Source: Gammaproteobacteria bacterium
GTDB lineage: Bacteria > Pseudomonadota > Gammaproteobacteria > Steroidobacterales > Rariloculaceae
NCBI GenBank assembly: GCA_050485685.1
Contig: JBJHBW010000006.1
Span: 25,073-89,072 of the forward strand
Direction of reading: 5' to 3'
Length of the DNA: 64,000 nt
Shown: piece after piece, positions 9,279 to 18,179 of the stretch
Position numbering within the stretch: position 1 is the first letter of the stretch
How the letters are laid out: the number at the start of each line of letters is the position of its first letter
Notes under the pieces: model-generated
What the model saw: only the letters and a program-made list of their open reading frames with translations
What the model was told of the DNA's origin: nothing
Database searches by the model: none
Made by a program: the position numbers and the translations under genes

Positions 9279-10568
9279 ATGACAGACTCCCCGGGACCCG
9301 ACGCGATGCCTGCCGGAGCCGGAAGCTCCTCTCCGGACCCTGCCGATACGGCGACTTCGCATGCCGCCGTGTCCGATGCGCCGGTCAGAGCGCCGACTCG
9401 CACAGTGCTGGTCGGTGATACCGAAGTGACACTGCTGGGCACGGCGCATGTTTCGCGCCAGAGCGCCGAAGATGTTCGTGTTGCCCTGGAACAGGGAAGC
9501 TTTGATGCGGTGGCCGTAGAGCTGTGTGAACCGCGGTTCAGGCACCTGACCAACGAGCATGACTGGCGCGAACTCGACCTGCTGCAGGTCATACGCAGCG
9601 GGCGTACCGGCATGGTGGCCGCGCAGCTGGCGTTGTCGGCGTACCAGAAGCGCCTGGCAGATCAACTCGGCGTGGAACCCGGTGCCGAAATGAAGGCAGC
9701 CGTGGAGGGTGCACAGGCGCGGAAGTTGCCGCTATGGCTGGTGGACCGCAATATCGGCATTACCATGCGCCGCGTCGTCCGTGCCGTACCCTGGTGGCAG
9801 CGCTGGACACTGATCAGTGGCCTGTTGACGACGTTTCTGAGTCGCGGTCAGATCGAGGAACGCCAGATCGAGAGCCTCAAGGAAGGGGACCTGCTGGAGG
9901 CGACGTTCACCGAATTCTCCGAGCAGTCGCCGCAACTGTACGAATCGCTGGTCGCGGAGCGCGATCGCTACATGGCGGCGCAGTTGCGTGAGTACATCGC
10001 CGCGCACAGCCCGCGCCGTGTTCTTGTCGTGATCGGGGCCGGTCATCTGAACGGGTTGTCGGGGCATCTGAAGGACGCCGCTGACCCGCATCGCGTTCGT
10101 CATGAGCTGGACCAGGTGCCACCGCCCACGCGACTGCGCCGCGCATTCCCGTGGATTGTCGTTGCCATCATCCTGACGGGTTTTGCGCTGGGTTTCATGC
10201 GCGGTCCGGAGCTGGGCTGGCGCCTGGTCACCGAATGGGTGCTGATCAACGGTACGCTGAGTGCCGTGGGTGCGCTGATCGCCGCGGCCCACCCGCTGGC
10301 CATACTCACCGCATTTCTGGCGGCGCCGCTGACCTCACTGAATCCGACCATCGGTGCCGGCATGGTGGTGGCGGCGGTGCAGACCATGCTCAGCCCGCCG
10401 CACATGGACGACTTCGACACCGTGCGCGACGACATTGCGCACCTGTCCGGCTGGTGGCGCAACCGTGTGGCGCGGGTGTTCCTGGTGTTTGTGCTGTGCA
10501 CGCTGGGATCGGCGACGGCCACCTACATCGCCGGATTCCGCATCTTTGATCATCTGACCGGCGGCTGA
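9279..10568 (+). CDS. TraB/GumN family protein
   Basis: N-terminal TLLGTAHVSRQSAEDV motif and RDRYMA...VIGAGHL motif of the TraB family. C-terminal multi-TM region. Confidence 0.8.
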   Translation: MTDSPGPDAMPAGAGSSSPDPADTATSHAAVSDAPVRAPTRTVLVGDTEVTLLGTAHVSRQSAEDVRVALEQGSFDAVAVELCEPRFRHLTNEHDWRELDLLQVIRSGRTGMVAAQLALSAYQKRLADQLGVEPGAEMKAAVEGAQARKLPLWLVDRNIGITMRRVVRAVPWWQRWTLISGLLTTFLSRGQIEERQIESLKEGDLLEATFTEFSEQSPQLYESLVAERDRYMAAQLREYIAAHSPRRVLVVIGAGHLNGLSGHLKDAADPHRVRHELDQVPPPTRLRRAFPWIVVAIILTGFALGFMRGPELGWRLVTEWVLINGTLSAVGALIAAAHPLAILTAFLAAPLTSLNPTIGAGMVVAAVQTMLSPPHMDDFDTVRDDIAHLSGWWRNRVARVFLVFVLCTLGSATATYIAGFRIFDHLTGG

Positions 10569-10653
10569 CAGTGGCGGTGACGGCAATGGCTTGCTGTCTC
10601 AGTCAGGCCGCTTGGCCGGTGACCTGCGCGGTTGCCTGTGTGTCAGGAGCGGC

Positions 10654-11769
10654 ATGGATCCGGTTGCCCATACTCTGACGGGCGCAGCGCTGGCCGCAGC
10701 CGGGCTGCGTCGCGTCACACCGCTTGCCACGACCGCGCTGCTGGTGGGTGCAAACATCGCCGACATCGATGTGCTTGTGTACCTGGGCGGCACGGCCGCG
10801 GCACTGGAGCATCGGCGCGGCTGGACACATGGTGTGCTGTCCATCGTTGTGTGGCCGTTTCTGATCGCTGTCGCATTGCTCGCCTTCGATCGTTTCGTAC
10901 GCCTGCGCCGCAGTCCAGACGCACCGCCGGCCCGCGCCGGGCCGCTGGTCATCGTGTCAGCGATTGCCGTGGTGAGTCACCCGCTGCTGGACTGGCTCAA
11001 CAACTATGGCCTGCGGTGGCTGATGCCGTTCGACGGCACCTGGTTCTATGGCGATGCGCTGTTCATCATCGATCCATGGATGTGGCTGCTGTTCGGGGGC
11101 GTCAGCTTTCTGGCGTTCTCGCAGCGCCGCTCCGCGATCGCACTGTGGCTGTTGTTCCTCGCAGTCGCTTCCTACATTGTGCTTTCACAGCCCGGGGTGC
11201 CGATGATCGCGAAACTGATCTTCGGGGCCGGGGTGGTCGGCTTTGTCACGCTGCGTGCGTCAGGCTTCAGCTGGCAGCATCGTCAGATCGCAGTGCAGCG
11301 GATCGCGCGTGCGAGTGTCGCGCTGATGGGCGTTTACATCAGTGTTGCGGTACTGGCGAATCTGCCCGCGCGTGCCGAGGTGCGTGCCGCTTTTGCAGCT
11401 GACGGAGTCGGGCCCGTACAGGCTGTCATGGTTGGACCTGTGCCCGGCAACGCCCTGGCCGGTTCGGTCATTGTGCAGACGGAGGACGCCTATCACTTCG
11501 GCGTGTGGCGCTGGTGGACGAGTCCGCGTTTTCAGCCTGCACGAGGTGACGTGGTATTGCGCGGCATGGAGGGGGAGGTCTTCGAAGCGGCGCGACAGCA
11601 GCCTGAAGCGAAGCGCTTTCTGGTATGGTCGCGATTCCCCTATGTGCAGGTGCTGGAAGACGACGACGGTTACGTAGTCCGATTCCGCGACGCACGATTT
11701 CGTGAGGTCGACCGCGGCCTGGTCGGCGGTGTCACCGTGACGCTGGATAACGGGCTGCGTCCACGATGA
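10654..11769 (+). CDS. membrane-bound metal-dependent hydrolase (YdjM/DUF457-like) with extra C-terminal domain
   Basis: Starts MDPVAHTLTGAALAAAG..NIADIDV...HRGWTHG, typical of YdjM-type proteins. Several TM helices, then a soluble tail of about 130 aa. Confidence 0.65.
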   Translation: MDPVAHTLTGAALAAAGLRRVTPLATTALLVGANIADIDVLVYLGGTAAALEHRRGWTHGVLSIVVWPFLIAVALLAFDRFVRLRRSPDAPPARAGPLVIVSAIAVVSHPLLDWLNNYGLRWLMPFDGTWFYGDALFIIDPWMWLLFGGVSFLAFSQRRSAIALWLLFLAVASYIVLSQPGVPMIAKLIFGAGVVGFVTLRASGFSWQHRQIAVQRIARASVALMGVYISVAVLANLPARAEVRAAFAADGVGPVQAVMVGPVPGNALAGSVIVQTEDAYHFGVWRWWTSPRFQPARGDVVLRGMEGEVFEAARQQPEAKRFLVWSRFPYVQVLEDDDGYVVRFRDARFREVDRGLVGGVTVTLDNGLRPR

Positions 11770-11786
11770 CATGGCTTCATGCCGGA

Positions 11787-13433
11787 TCAGGGGGAGAGCT
11801 GCAGTTCCGTGATCTTCAGTGTGCCGGGAATGTAGGTGTCGCGCCGGTAGCTGCCGACCCAGATATCATACTGGCCCTCAGCGGGACTGCTGATCACGAC
11901 CATGGGATCGAGCGTACCCATGCGCGCATCGTCGTTGCATGACCAGCTGCCGTCCGGGCGATTGACGATCAGTGTTGCGTCGCCGTCATCATCGGCCTCA
12001 AAGAAGATGCGCAGCTCTGACGAGCGCCCGCGCCAGTGCAGGCGGAGATCCGGCGCACTGGCCGCATGGCCCACACACTGATTGCCGAGATCGGAGACGT
12101 CTATCGGTCCGCCGGCCACGATGGTTGCGGTACTCGGATCGGGCGTGAAGCCGGCACGCAGCGTGACGGTGCCGAAATAGGGGTCGCGGGAGAAGTCCAG
12201 ACTGCCGCGGTCCATCGTTGCAGGATCCAGTGACAGTTCGCTGATGTACAGCGTGCCGCTGATGAAGTTGCCGGCGCTGTAGCTGCCCACCCAGATGTCG
12301 TACTGGCCCTGCGCGGGATCGCTGACGATCACCATCGGATCCAGCGTCCCGGGTCCGGCATCGTCATTGCACTGCCAGCTCGCATCGGGCTGGTTGACCA
12401 GCAGCGTGGTGTCCTGGCCGTCATCGGCAACGAACAGTATGCGCAGCTGCGAGGCGCGGCCTGACCAGCTCAGCCGGAAGTCGGGAGGTACGGCGGCGTA
12501 GCCGAGACATTCCCCGCCCAGATAATCGACATGCACCTCACCGCCGCTGATCATTTCAACGCCATGCGGGTCGGGCAGGAAGCCGCTCTCCAGGACCACG
12601 GACCCGAAAGTCGGTGGCTGGGAAAAATCCAGTCGGCCGCCGGCAATCACCGGTGACGTGGTTCCGCCTGCGATCGCGGCACGATCCTCGGACAGTCCCG
12701 CGGCCAGTGCGGCCTGGGCTGCGCCTATCGCGAGTATGCCGCCCAGTCGGCCGCCGGTATGCGTTTCCGTGCGTACGGCGGTCGGGATGCCGACGATCTC
12801 ACCCGCGGCATTGACCGCGAGGCCGCCGCTGTTCCCCGGCGAGATCTGCGCGTCGGTCTGATACCAGACCGGAAGACGTTCGTCCCCCAGCGTGCCGTTG
12901 CGTATGCTCGTCACCGCGCCTTCGGTGTAAGCCAGGAACCCTTCACCGATGGCGGGATAGCCGAAAACGAAGATTCGATCGCCGCGATGGACGTCGGGGT
13001 TAGCCGGAGAGAGAAAGGCGAGATTAATATCTGCGGTGCTGATCGGTTCTCCGGATGCGTCCCGGTCTATCGCAAGGATTGCGAAATCCACATCCCGCGA
13101 GTAGCCGGTCAGTCGGGCGCGATAGCGGCCCACCGGTGTTTCATTGACGTCTTCCAGGATCTCGATCAGGTAATCGTCGCCGTCTTCGATGACATGGCGA
13201 TTCGTGTAGATCACACCGCGAGGGTCCACCACCGTACCGGAACCAGTGGATACTGAAGCACCGCGGTCCAGCGTCACGATACGCACGACGGCTTCGGAAA
13301 TCTGGTCTATCCGTTCGCGCCCCAGACTCTGCGCCGGCGCGTCCAGCGGTATGAGTGGCAGTGCAGCCAGTGCCGAGGCCAGCAGGGCAGGCAGCAGCGC
13401 AGTGAGGCGGGCATGGTGTGAGCGGCGGTTCAT
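11787..13433 (-). CDS. secreted trypsin-like (S1/S1C) serine protease with two tandem C-terminal Cys-pair domains
   Basis: Signal peptide and catalytic triad contexts TNRHVIEDGD (His), DVDFAILAID (Asp), ISPGNSGGLAV (Ser). Followed by two homologous domains of about 140 aa. Confidence 0.8.
   Translation of the reverse strand: MNRRSHHARLTALLPALLASALAALPLIPLDAPAQSLGRERIDQISEAVVRIVTLDRGASVSTGSGTVVDPRGVIYTNRHVIEDGDDYLIEILEDVNETPVGRYRARLTGYSRDVDFAILAIDRDASGEPISTADINLAFLSPANPDVHRGDRIFVFGYPAIGEGFLAYTEGAVTSIRNGTLGDERLPVWYQTDAQISPGNSGGLAVNAAGEIVGIPTAVRTETHTGGRLGGILAIGAAQAALAAGLSEDRAAIAGGTTSPVIAGGRLDFSQPPTFGSVVLESGFLPDPHGVEMISGGEVHVDYLGGECLGYAAVPPDFRLSWSGRASQLRILFVADDGQDTTLLVNQPDASWQCNDDAGPGTLDPMVIVSDPAQGQYDIWVGSYSAGNFISGTLYISELSLDPATMDRGSLDFSRDPYFGTVTLRAGFTPDPSTATIVAGGPIDVSDLGNQCVGHAASAPDLRLHWRGRSSELRIFFEADDDGDATLIVNRPDGSWSCNDDARMGTLDPMVVISSPAEGQYDIWVGSYRRDTYIPGTLKITELQLSP
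11790..12632 (-). repeat. intragenic tandem duplication encoding two ~140-aa domains (about half of residues identical by eye)
   Basis: Copy 1 is LDFSQPPTFGSVVLESGFLPDP...CLGYAAVPPDFRLSWSGRASQLRILFVADD...SWQCNDD...GTLDPMVIVSDPAQGQYDIWVGSY. Copy 2 is LDFSRDPYFGTVTLRAGFTPDP...CVGHAASAPDLRLHWRGRSSELRIFFEADD...SWSCNDD...GTLDPMVVISSPAEGQYDIWVGSY. Confidence 0.8.
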
Positions 13434-13483
13434 TTTGCCAATAGTAGTCCTGCCCGCGGTGTCAGGAAACGACTCGGTTCACA

Positions 13484-14722
13484 TCAGCCGTCACGCAGTC
13501 CCAGCGATGGCTCAAGGCCCGCCACCTTGCGCCCGCCTATGGCGGCGGACAGCGTCGCGGCCGCGAGTGTAATGACGAGCGCCGCGACCAGATGCACGGC
13601 GCGCAACCGGCATATGGGCTGACCGTCTCCTATGTTCGGCGCAAACAGGCCGTTCAATACGGCCTGAACCATGAAGTAAGCCAGAGCGGCCACCGCCCAT
13701 GCGAGCAGTGCAGTGAACGCCGCCTGCAGAATCGGGAACCAGACGATCTGCACTGTGCGAAAGCCGATCAGGCGCAGCACACTGAACTCGCGCTGCTTGC
13801 GGTCTATATTGGCCCAGACAGTGGCAGCGAACGATGCGCAATAGCCTGCAATCGCGATCAGCGCGATGATCCAGTAGGCAATGGCGAGATTGCGGTCCAG
13901 TGTCTGCACCAGGGAAATGTCGGCGACGCTGGTGCGCACTTCGATGTTTTCGTTCAGCATGACCTGACGCAACGTCGCCACATCGTCGATGCTGCGTGCG
14001 TACAGCCGGAATCCGGCGTAGCGTCGCTCCGTGTCACGCGCTGCGCTGCCATCCCATCCCAGCGCCGGCACTGCGCGGCCGTCGAGAAAATCCTCCACGG
14101 CACCAATCAGCGGCACCGACACGAACAGCCCGTCGCGTGCGAACGCGCCCGCCGGCGCAATGCCGACCACTTCCAGCGGTAGCCGCTCCGTCTCCTGGGT
14201 GTCGCGTCGTGTCCGGGTCAGCAGTCCTTCCAGCCGGTCACCGACGTTCACGTTCAGGCGGTCGGCGGCACTGAAGCTGATGACCACGCCGGCCAGTCCC
14301 GACGGTGCAGTTGCCACGCCTGCGAGCGCGGGATCCCCGGTGGCCGACGGAATCAGTTCGACGTCGATGATGCGACCAACGGGGCTTTCCGGTGCGCGCA
14401 GGCGCATGCTGGCTGCGATCGAGCGTGTGCGCGGCACAATGAATTCCACATCGGCACGCGCTTCAAGGGTCGCCAGCCACTGGTTGTCGTAACTGCCGCT
14501 GGCCAGCGGTGTGATCTCGCGGTAGCGGGGATTCTCGACCAGTGGATCCAGCAGGTTGGAAATCAGCCCGTACTTCAGACCGAACAGCACCAGCAGCGGA
14601 ATCAGCACGGCGGCCAGAGCCAGCACGGAGCAGGCGGAAATCACCCACTCGTGGCGATAGTCACCGAAGGCAAGTCTGGTGATCAGCTGTGATCGTGACG
14701 GTGCCACGCTGGTGTCAGGCAT
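13484..14722 (-). CDS. ABC transporter permease, FtsX/MacB-type (4 TM with large periplasmic domain)
   Basis: TM1, then a periplasmic region of about 230 aa, then three C-terminal TMs with an FtsX-like loop (REFSVLRLIGF). Its start overlaps the ATPase stop by 8 nt. Confidence 0.8.
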   Translation of the reverse strand: MPDTSVAPSRSQLITRLAFGDYRHEWVISACSVLALAAVLIPLLVLFGLKYGLISNLLDPLVENPRYREITPLASGSYDNQWLATLEARADVEFIVPRTRSIAASMRLRAPESPVGRIIDVELIPSATGDPALAGVATAPSGLAGVVISFSAADRLNVNVGDRLEGLLTRTRRDTQETERLPLEVVGIAPAGAFARDGLFVSVPLIGAVEDFLDGRAVPALGWDGSAARDTERRYAGFRLYARSIDDVATLRQVMLNENIEVRTSVADISLVQTLDRNLAIAYWIIALIAIAGYCASFAATVWANIDRKQREFSVLRLIGFRTVQIVWFPILQAAFTALLAWAVAALAYFMVQAVLNGLFAPNIGDGQPICRLRAVHLVAALVITLAAATLSAAIGGRKVAGLEPSLGLRDG

Positions 14723-15641
14723 CGCACACCCTTGATGTCATGGCTTGCGGGCCGGTGAGTTCGGTTTCGTGTCGCAGGATTCGAAAGCCCGCGTTCTTTA
14801 CCAGGTCATGCGCGTGGGTGGCGACGATCAGTGTGACGCCAAGCTCCGATGTGAGCTCGGCCAGCAGATTCACAATACGCTGTGCATTGACCGGATCGAT
14901 CGCGGCCGTGGGCTCATCGGCGATCACGACAGGCGGATCATGCGCGAGCGCACGTGCGATGCCTGCACGCTGGCGCTGTCCGACCGACAGTTCGCCCGGC
15001 CGCTTGTTCAGCTGCTGTGCAATGCCAAGCCTTTCAGCGAGCCGGTCAGCGCTGTCATCGTCCGGCAGTCTGAGCAGCTGTCGTGGCAACTCAATGTTCG
15101 AGCGCACACTGAGGTAGGGCAGCAGGCCGCCGTGCTGCAGCACGTAGCCCAGATAACGGCTGCGCAGCGCCGCCAGCCGGTCAGCATCGCGTCTTGCCCA
15201 CAGTTCCAGCACGGGCCAGACCGTGCCCGGTGCCAATCCGGATCCGGTCCCCGTGTCCGCATCCGCAGCCTCGGGCATGAAATCGAATTCGTCACCGCGA
15301 TCGGGTCTCAATACCATGGCGAGCATTTCCAGCAGCGTGCTCTTGCCTGAGCCGCTCTCGCCGGTGAGAGCGATGGTTGCGCCGCGTTCAATCTGCAGCT
15401 GAGCAACCTGCAGGCGAAAACTGGTGCCCGCGGCGCTGAAGGACTTTTCGACGTTACGCAGCCGGAAAACCGCGTCGGCGCTCAGGGCAATGCCTCCAGC
15501 AGCAGGGGATAGACCGAGTCGCCATCGACGGGGCCGCCGTCCAGCGAAACCCAGAGATCCAGGTTGTCGTGCAGTGCGCGATAGTAGGCGACCTTGCTGT
15601 CGAGCTGATTGATGAACTCGAACTGCTGTTGAGCAGTCCAT
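14715..15641 (-). CDS. ABC transporter ATP-binding protein (MacB/LolD/FtsE-like)
   Basis: Walker A GESGSGKST, Q-loop, signature LSVGQRQR, Walker B VVIADEPT, H-loop ATH. The conserved core starts near FRLRNVEKSF (about 15470). The only canonical start in frame is ATG 15641, which overlaps the upstream gene by 160 nt, so the start is uncertain. Confidence 0.8.
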   Translation of the reverse strand: MDCSTAVRVHQSARQQGRLLSRTARQPGSLGFAGRRPRRWRLGLSPAAGGIALSADAVFRLRNVEKSFSAAGTSFRLQVAQLQIERGATIALTGESGSGKSTLLEMLAMVLRPDRGDEFDFMPEAADADTGTGSGLAPGTVWPVLELWARRDADRLAALRSRYLGYVLQHGGLLPYLSVRSNIELPRQLLRLPDDDSADRLAERLGIAQQLNKRPGELSVGQRQRAGIARALAHDPPVVIADEPTAAIDPVNAQRIVNLLAELTSELGVTLIVATHAHDLVKNAGFRILRHETELTGPQAMTSRVCDA

Positions 15642-17485
15642 TGCTGCCAGGTGCCAAGATCGATGTTCATGACTTCGCTGTGATACGGCAGGTCTTCCAT
15701 ATACTCGCGCATGTAGCCCAGTTCCGCCAGCGTCGTCCCGTCACCGGTAACGGTCTGCGCCGCTTCCGGATCCCTACTGATGATCGCGGCAAGGCTGCGC
15801 AGTTCGTTGAGGAATCCATGTGGCGCCAGTGCGCCTTCTTCGGCGCGGTCCAGGATGCGCCGCAGCAGGTCATGAAGATCGCTGAGCTGGTCCCGGGTGA
15901 GCAGCACGCGCACGTCAACGGATCGTTCTGCCGGTGCTTCCGGGTCGCGATCGAGCATATAGGCATTGAACAGCAGCGGCGCTGCTTCATCGTCGGCAGC
16001 TTCGCGCAGATACTGCATGCGCAGCGCATAGCCCAGCCGTGCGACACGCTCCTGGAACGAAGCCAGACCTTCACTGTCCGGCAGCGGTGCCGCGCCGGCC
16101 TGCAGCGGCTGGAAGCCGGCCGCGGCCGAAGCCACCTGTGTGGTCAGCTGATCCATCATGGCACGCAGTGCTGCACCGAAATCGCCGACGTCACCGGCTT
16201 CCACGCCGTGATAGAAAGTACCCACGTCCGCGATGTGTGCCAGTTCCCGATAGTGACGCTCGGCGTAGTCATGGTTTTCGTTACGTGCGCCCGATGCGGT
16301 CTTCAGATGGATGACCCAGGGGGCAATGCCATTGGACAGCAACCTGTCGCGCACCTGGGCGGTGGACAGGCCGGTGGTTGAGAGCGGATCGTCGGCCAGG
16401 CGCGGGCCGGCGTCGGTGATCAGAATCGCGTAACGGGCGAAATGCCCGTCCCATGAGATGTCGTCTACCGCCTGCACGAGACCGGCGAACGGATCCTCGT
16501 TGAAGTCGCGGCTGGAGACATTGGTTTCGCGCACACTGGCTACCGCGCGCATGAAGTCCTGGCCGCTGCCGGTGAGGTCGGTCACGACGCGGGATACATA
16601 CTCAAGGCCGGGTACCGCGTCAGTGTTGTCCCTGAACGTGACCACGCCGTAAGACACGCGGTCCGACAGCCCCGCAGCATCGATCTGTTCATAGACATCA
16701 CGCATGATTTCACGCGTGCGTTCAATATAGGGCTGCATGGATATCGTCGTGTCGATCACGAACACGATGCCGGCACGATACGGATCGCGATCGCGCGCAA
16801 ACTGCAGTGGCACGCTGGCCACTTCGAGCAGGCGAGCCTGGTCGTTGCCGACCAGCACGTCCTCATGGCCGAGTATAGGCACCAGATAGAAATTGCGACG
16901 AATGTCTATGAAGGTGTCGGGCTGGATCGCAGCGATCGCCGTACCTGCTACGTCGCCTTCCAGCGCGCGTTCGCGCAGCGCGCGGTAGGCTGCGACGTCA
17001 TTGCTTTCAGCAAGTTGGTACAGGGTATCGCGGTCATCGAACAGCAGGACCCGCGGCTGGCGCTCGGGATCCTTGAAGCCCACGGTCAGCGTCTGACGCC
17101 AGGTCACGCCGTGTTCATCGGCGAGCCAGCCGCGCTGGTCGCCACGACTGTCCAGGCCCACACGCAGCCATTCGCGGCCATCCACGGTGCGGCGTTCGTA
17201 GACATAGAAAACGGTGAATGGCGTGATCGCCTGCACGACCCGTCCGCCGGCCGATTCGGCAATGCCGGCACCGGGAACCGCGATCACACGCTGGTACAGC
17301 GTTTCCTTGCCTTCCAGTGTCAGGGGGCGCTGTGCCTGCGCCATGGCCGCACCAGCCGTGAACAGGCCACCCGAGATGACCGCAAAGAGGGCGAGCAGGA
17401 CCACAGCGGCTTGCCGCACAGGCGCGGCCTGGTTCGTCTCAGGTATGCCTGCCAGGCGGATTGCTGTCGTTACGTTCCGTTTCAT
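15482..17485 (-). CDS. secreted/periplasmic von Willebrand factor A (vWA) domain protein
   Basis: Signal/anchor (VVLLALFAVISGGLFTAGAAMAQA) and a central vWA fold with a MIDAS-like motif (GIVFVIDTTISM ... ILITDAG). Long N- and C-terminal regions of unknown fold. Start set at MKRNVTT, 4 nt after the upstream stop. Confidence 0.75.
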   Translation of the reverse strand: MKRNVTTAIRLAGIPETNQAAPVRQAAVVLLALFAVISGGLFTAGAAMAQAQRPLTLEGKETLYQRVIAVPGAGIAESAGGRVVQAITPFTVFYVYERRTVDGREWLRVGLDSRGDQRGWLADEHGVTWRQTLTVGFKDPERQPRVLLFDDRDTLYQLAESNDVAAYRALRERALEGDVAGTAIAAIQPDTFIDIRRNFYLVPILGHEDVLVGNDQARLLEVASVPLQFARDRDPYRAGIVFVIDTTISMQPYIERTREIMRDVYEQIDAAGLSDRVSYGVVTFRDNTDAVPGLEYVSRVVTDLTGSGQDFMRAVASVRETNVSSRDFNEDPFAGLVQAVDDISWDGHFARYAILITDAGPRLADDPLSTTGLSTAQVRDRLLSNGIAPWVIHLKTASGARNENHDYAERHYRELAHIADVGTFYHGVEAGDVGDFGAALRAMMDQLTTQVASAAAGFQPLQAGAAPLPDSEGLASFQERVARLGYALRMQYLREAADDEAAPLLFNAYMLDRDPEAPAERSVDVRVLLTRDQLSDLHDLLRRILDRAEEGALAPHGFLNELRSLAAIISRDPEAAQTVTGDGTTLAELGYMREYMEDLPYHSEVMNIDLGTWQQWTAQQQFEFINQLDSKVAYYRALHDNLDLWVSLDGGPVDGDSVYPLLLEALP

Positions 17486-17489
17486 GATG

Positions 17490-18035
17490 TCATCGTGCCC
17501 ATTGCAACAGCAGCCGCTCGGCACTCTCGTCGCCGCGGGCTGCCGCTTCTTCTGCCCACGCCTGCAGGGCGCTCAGGCGTGCTGAGGCCTCTGCCACGCC
17601 CTGCTCATGGGCAACGGTGTACCAGCGGTATGCCTGGAACGCATCAGCGTCGGGCAGCAGGCTGGTCTCGGGAGAGTGATGGTTGGGGTCGTTCATCGTC
17701 GCCAGCGCGAAGGCCGATGGCCCATGGTCGTTGCGGGCGGCGAAGAACAGCAGCAGCTGCGCATCGGCGAGCTGTCCGTCGCTCTGGAATGTCTGGGCGC
17801 TCTCAAACGCGGTTTCGTAATCGACCGCGTCGGCACTGCCTAACTGGTCCAGCAGTTCGCGAGCGTCCTGCGCCCGTTCCGGTCCCGTGATAGGTTCCAG
17901 CACGGGCCCCGGCGCAGGCTGATCGCTGCGCAGGACGAGATAAAGCCCCACGCCGATCACCAGTACCGCGGCGGCGATCACGCCGCCTGTCACCACCTGC
18001 CGCATCGCATCCGTTCGTTGATTCGACTTATTCAC
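17490..18035 (-). CDS. single-pass membrane protein with weak Sel1/TPR-like helical repeats
   Basis: GTG start 6 nt after GGAAAGG. TM helix (VVTGGVIAAAVLVIGVGLYLVL). C-terminal AFQAYRWYTVAHEQGVAEASARLSAL resembles a Sel1 repeat. First gene of the module. Confidence 0.45.
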   Translation of the reverse strand: MNKSNQRTDAMRQVVTGGVIAAAVLVIGVGLYLVLRSDQPAPGPVLEPITGPERAQDARELLDQLGSADAVDYETAFESAQTFQSDGQLADAQLLLFFAARNDHGPSAFALATMNDPNHHSPETSLLPDADAFQAYRWYTVAHEQGVAEASARLSALQAWAEEAAARGDESAERLLLQWAR

Positions 18036-18179
18036 GATATACCTTTCCCGTAAGGTTCGCAAAAACTGCCGCCGCACGCGGTGCGTACCGCAGCACACCC
18101 CTGCCGCTGATGTTTTACAAGGCGGGCGCGCCGGCTACAGTGGCAGAGTATCATCAACGCGAATGAGCGTAATGCCCCA

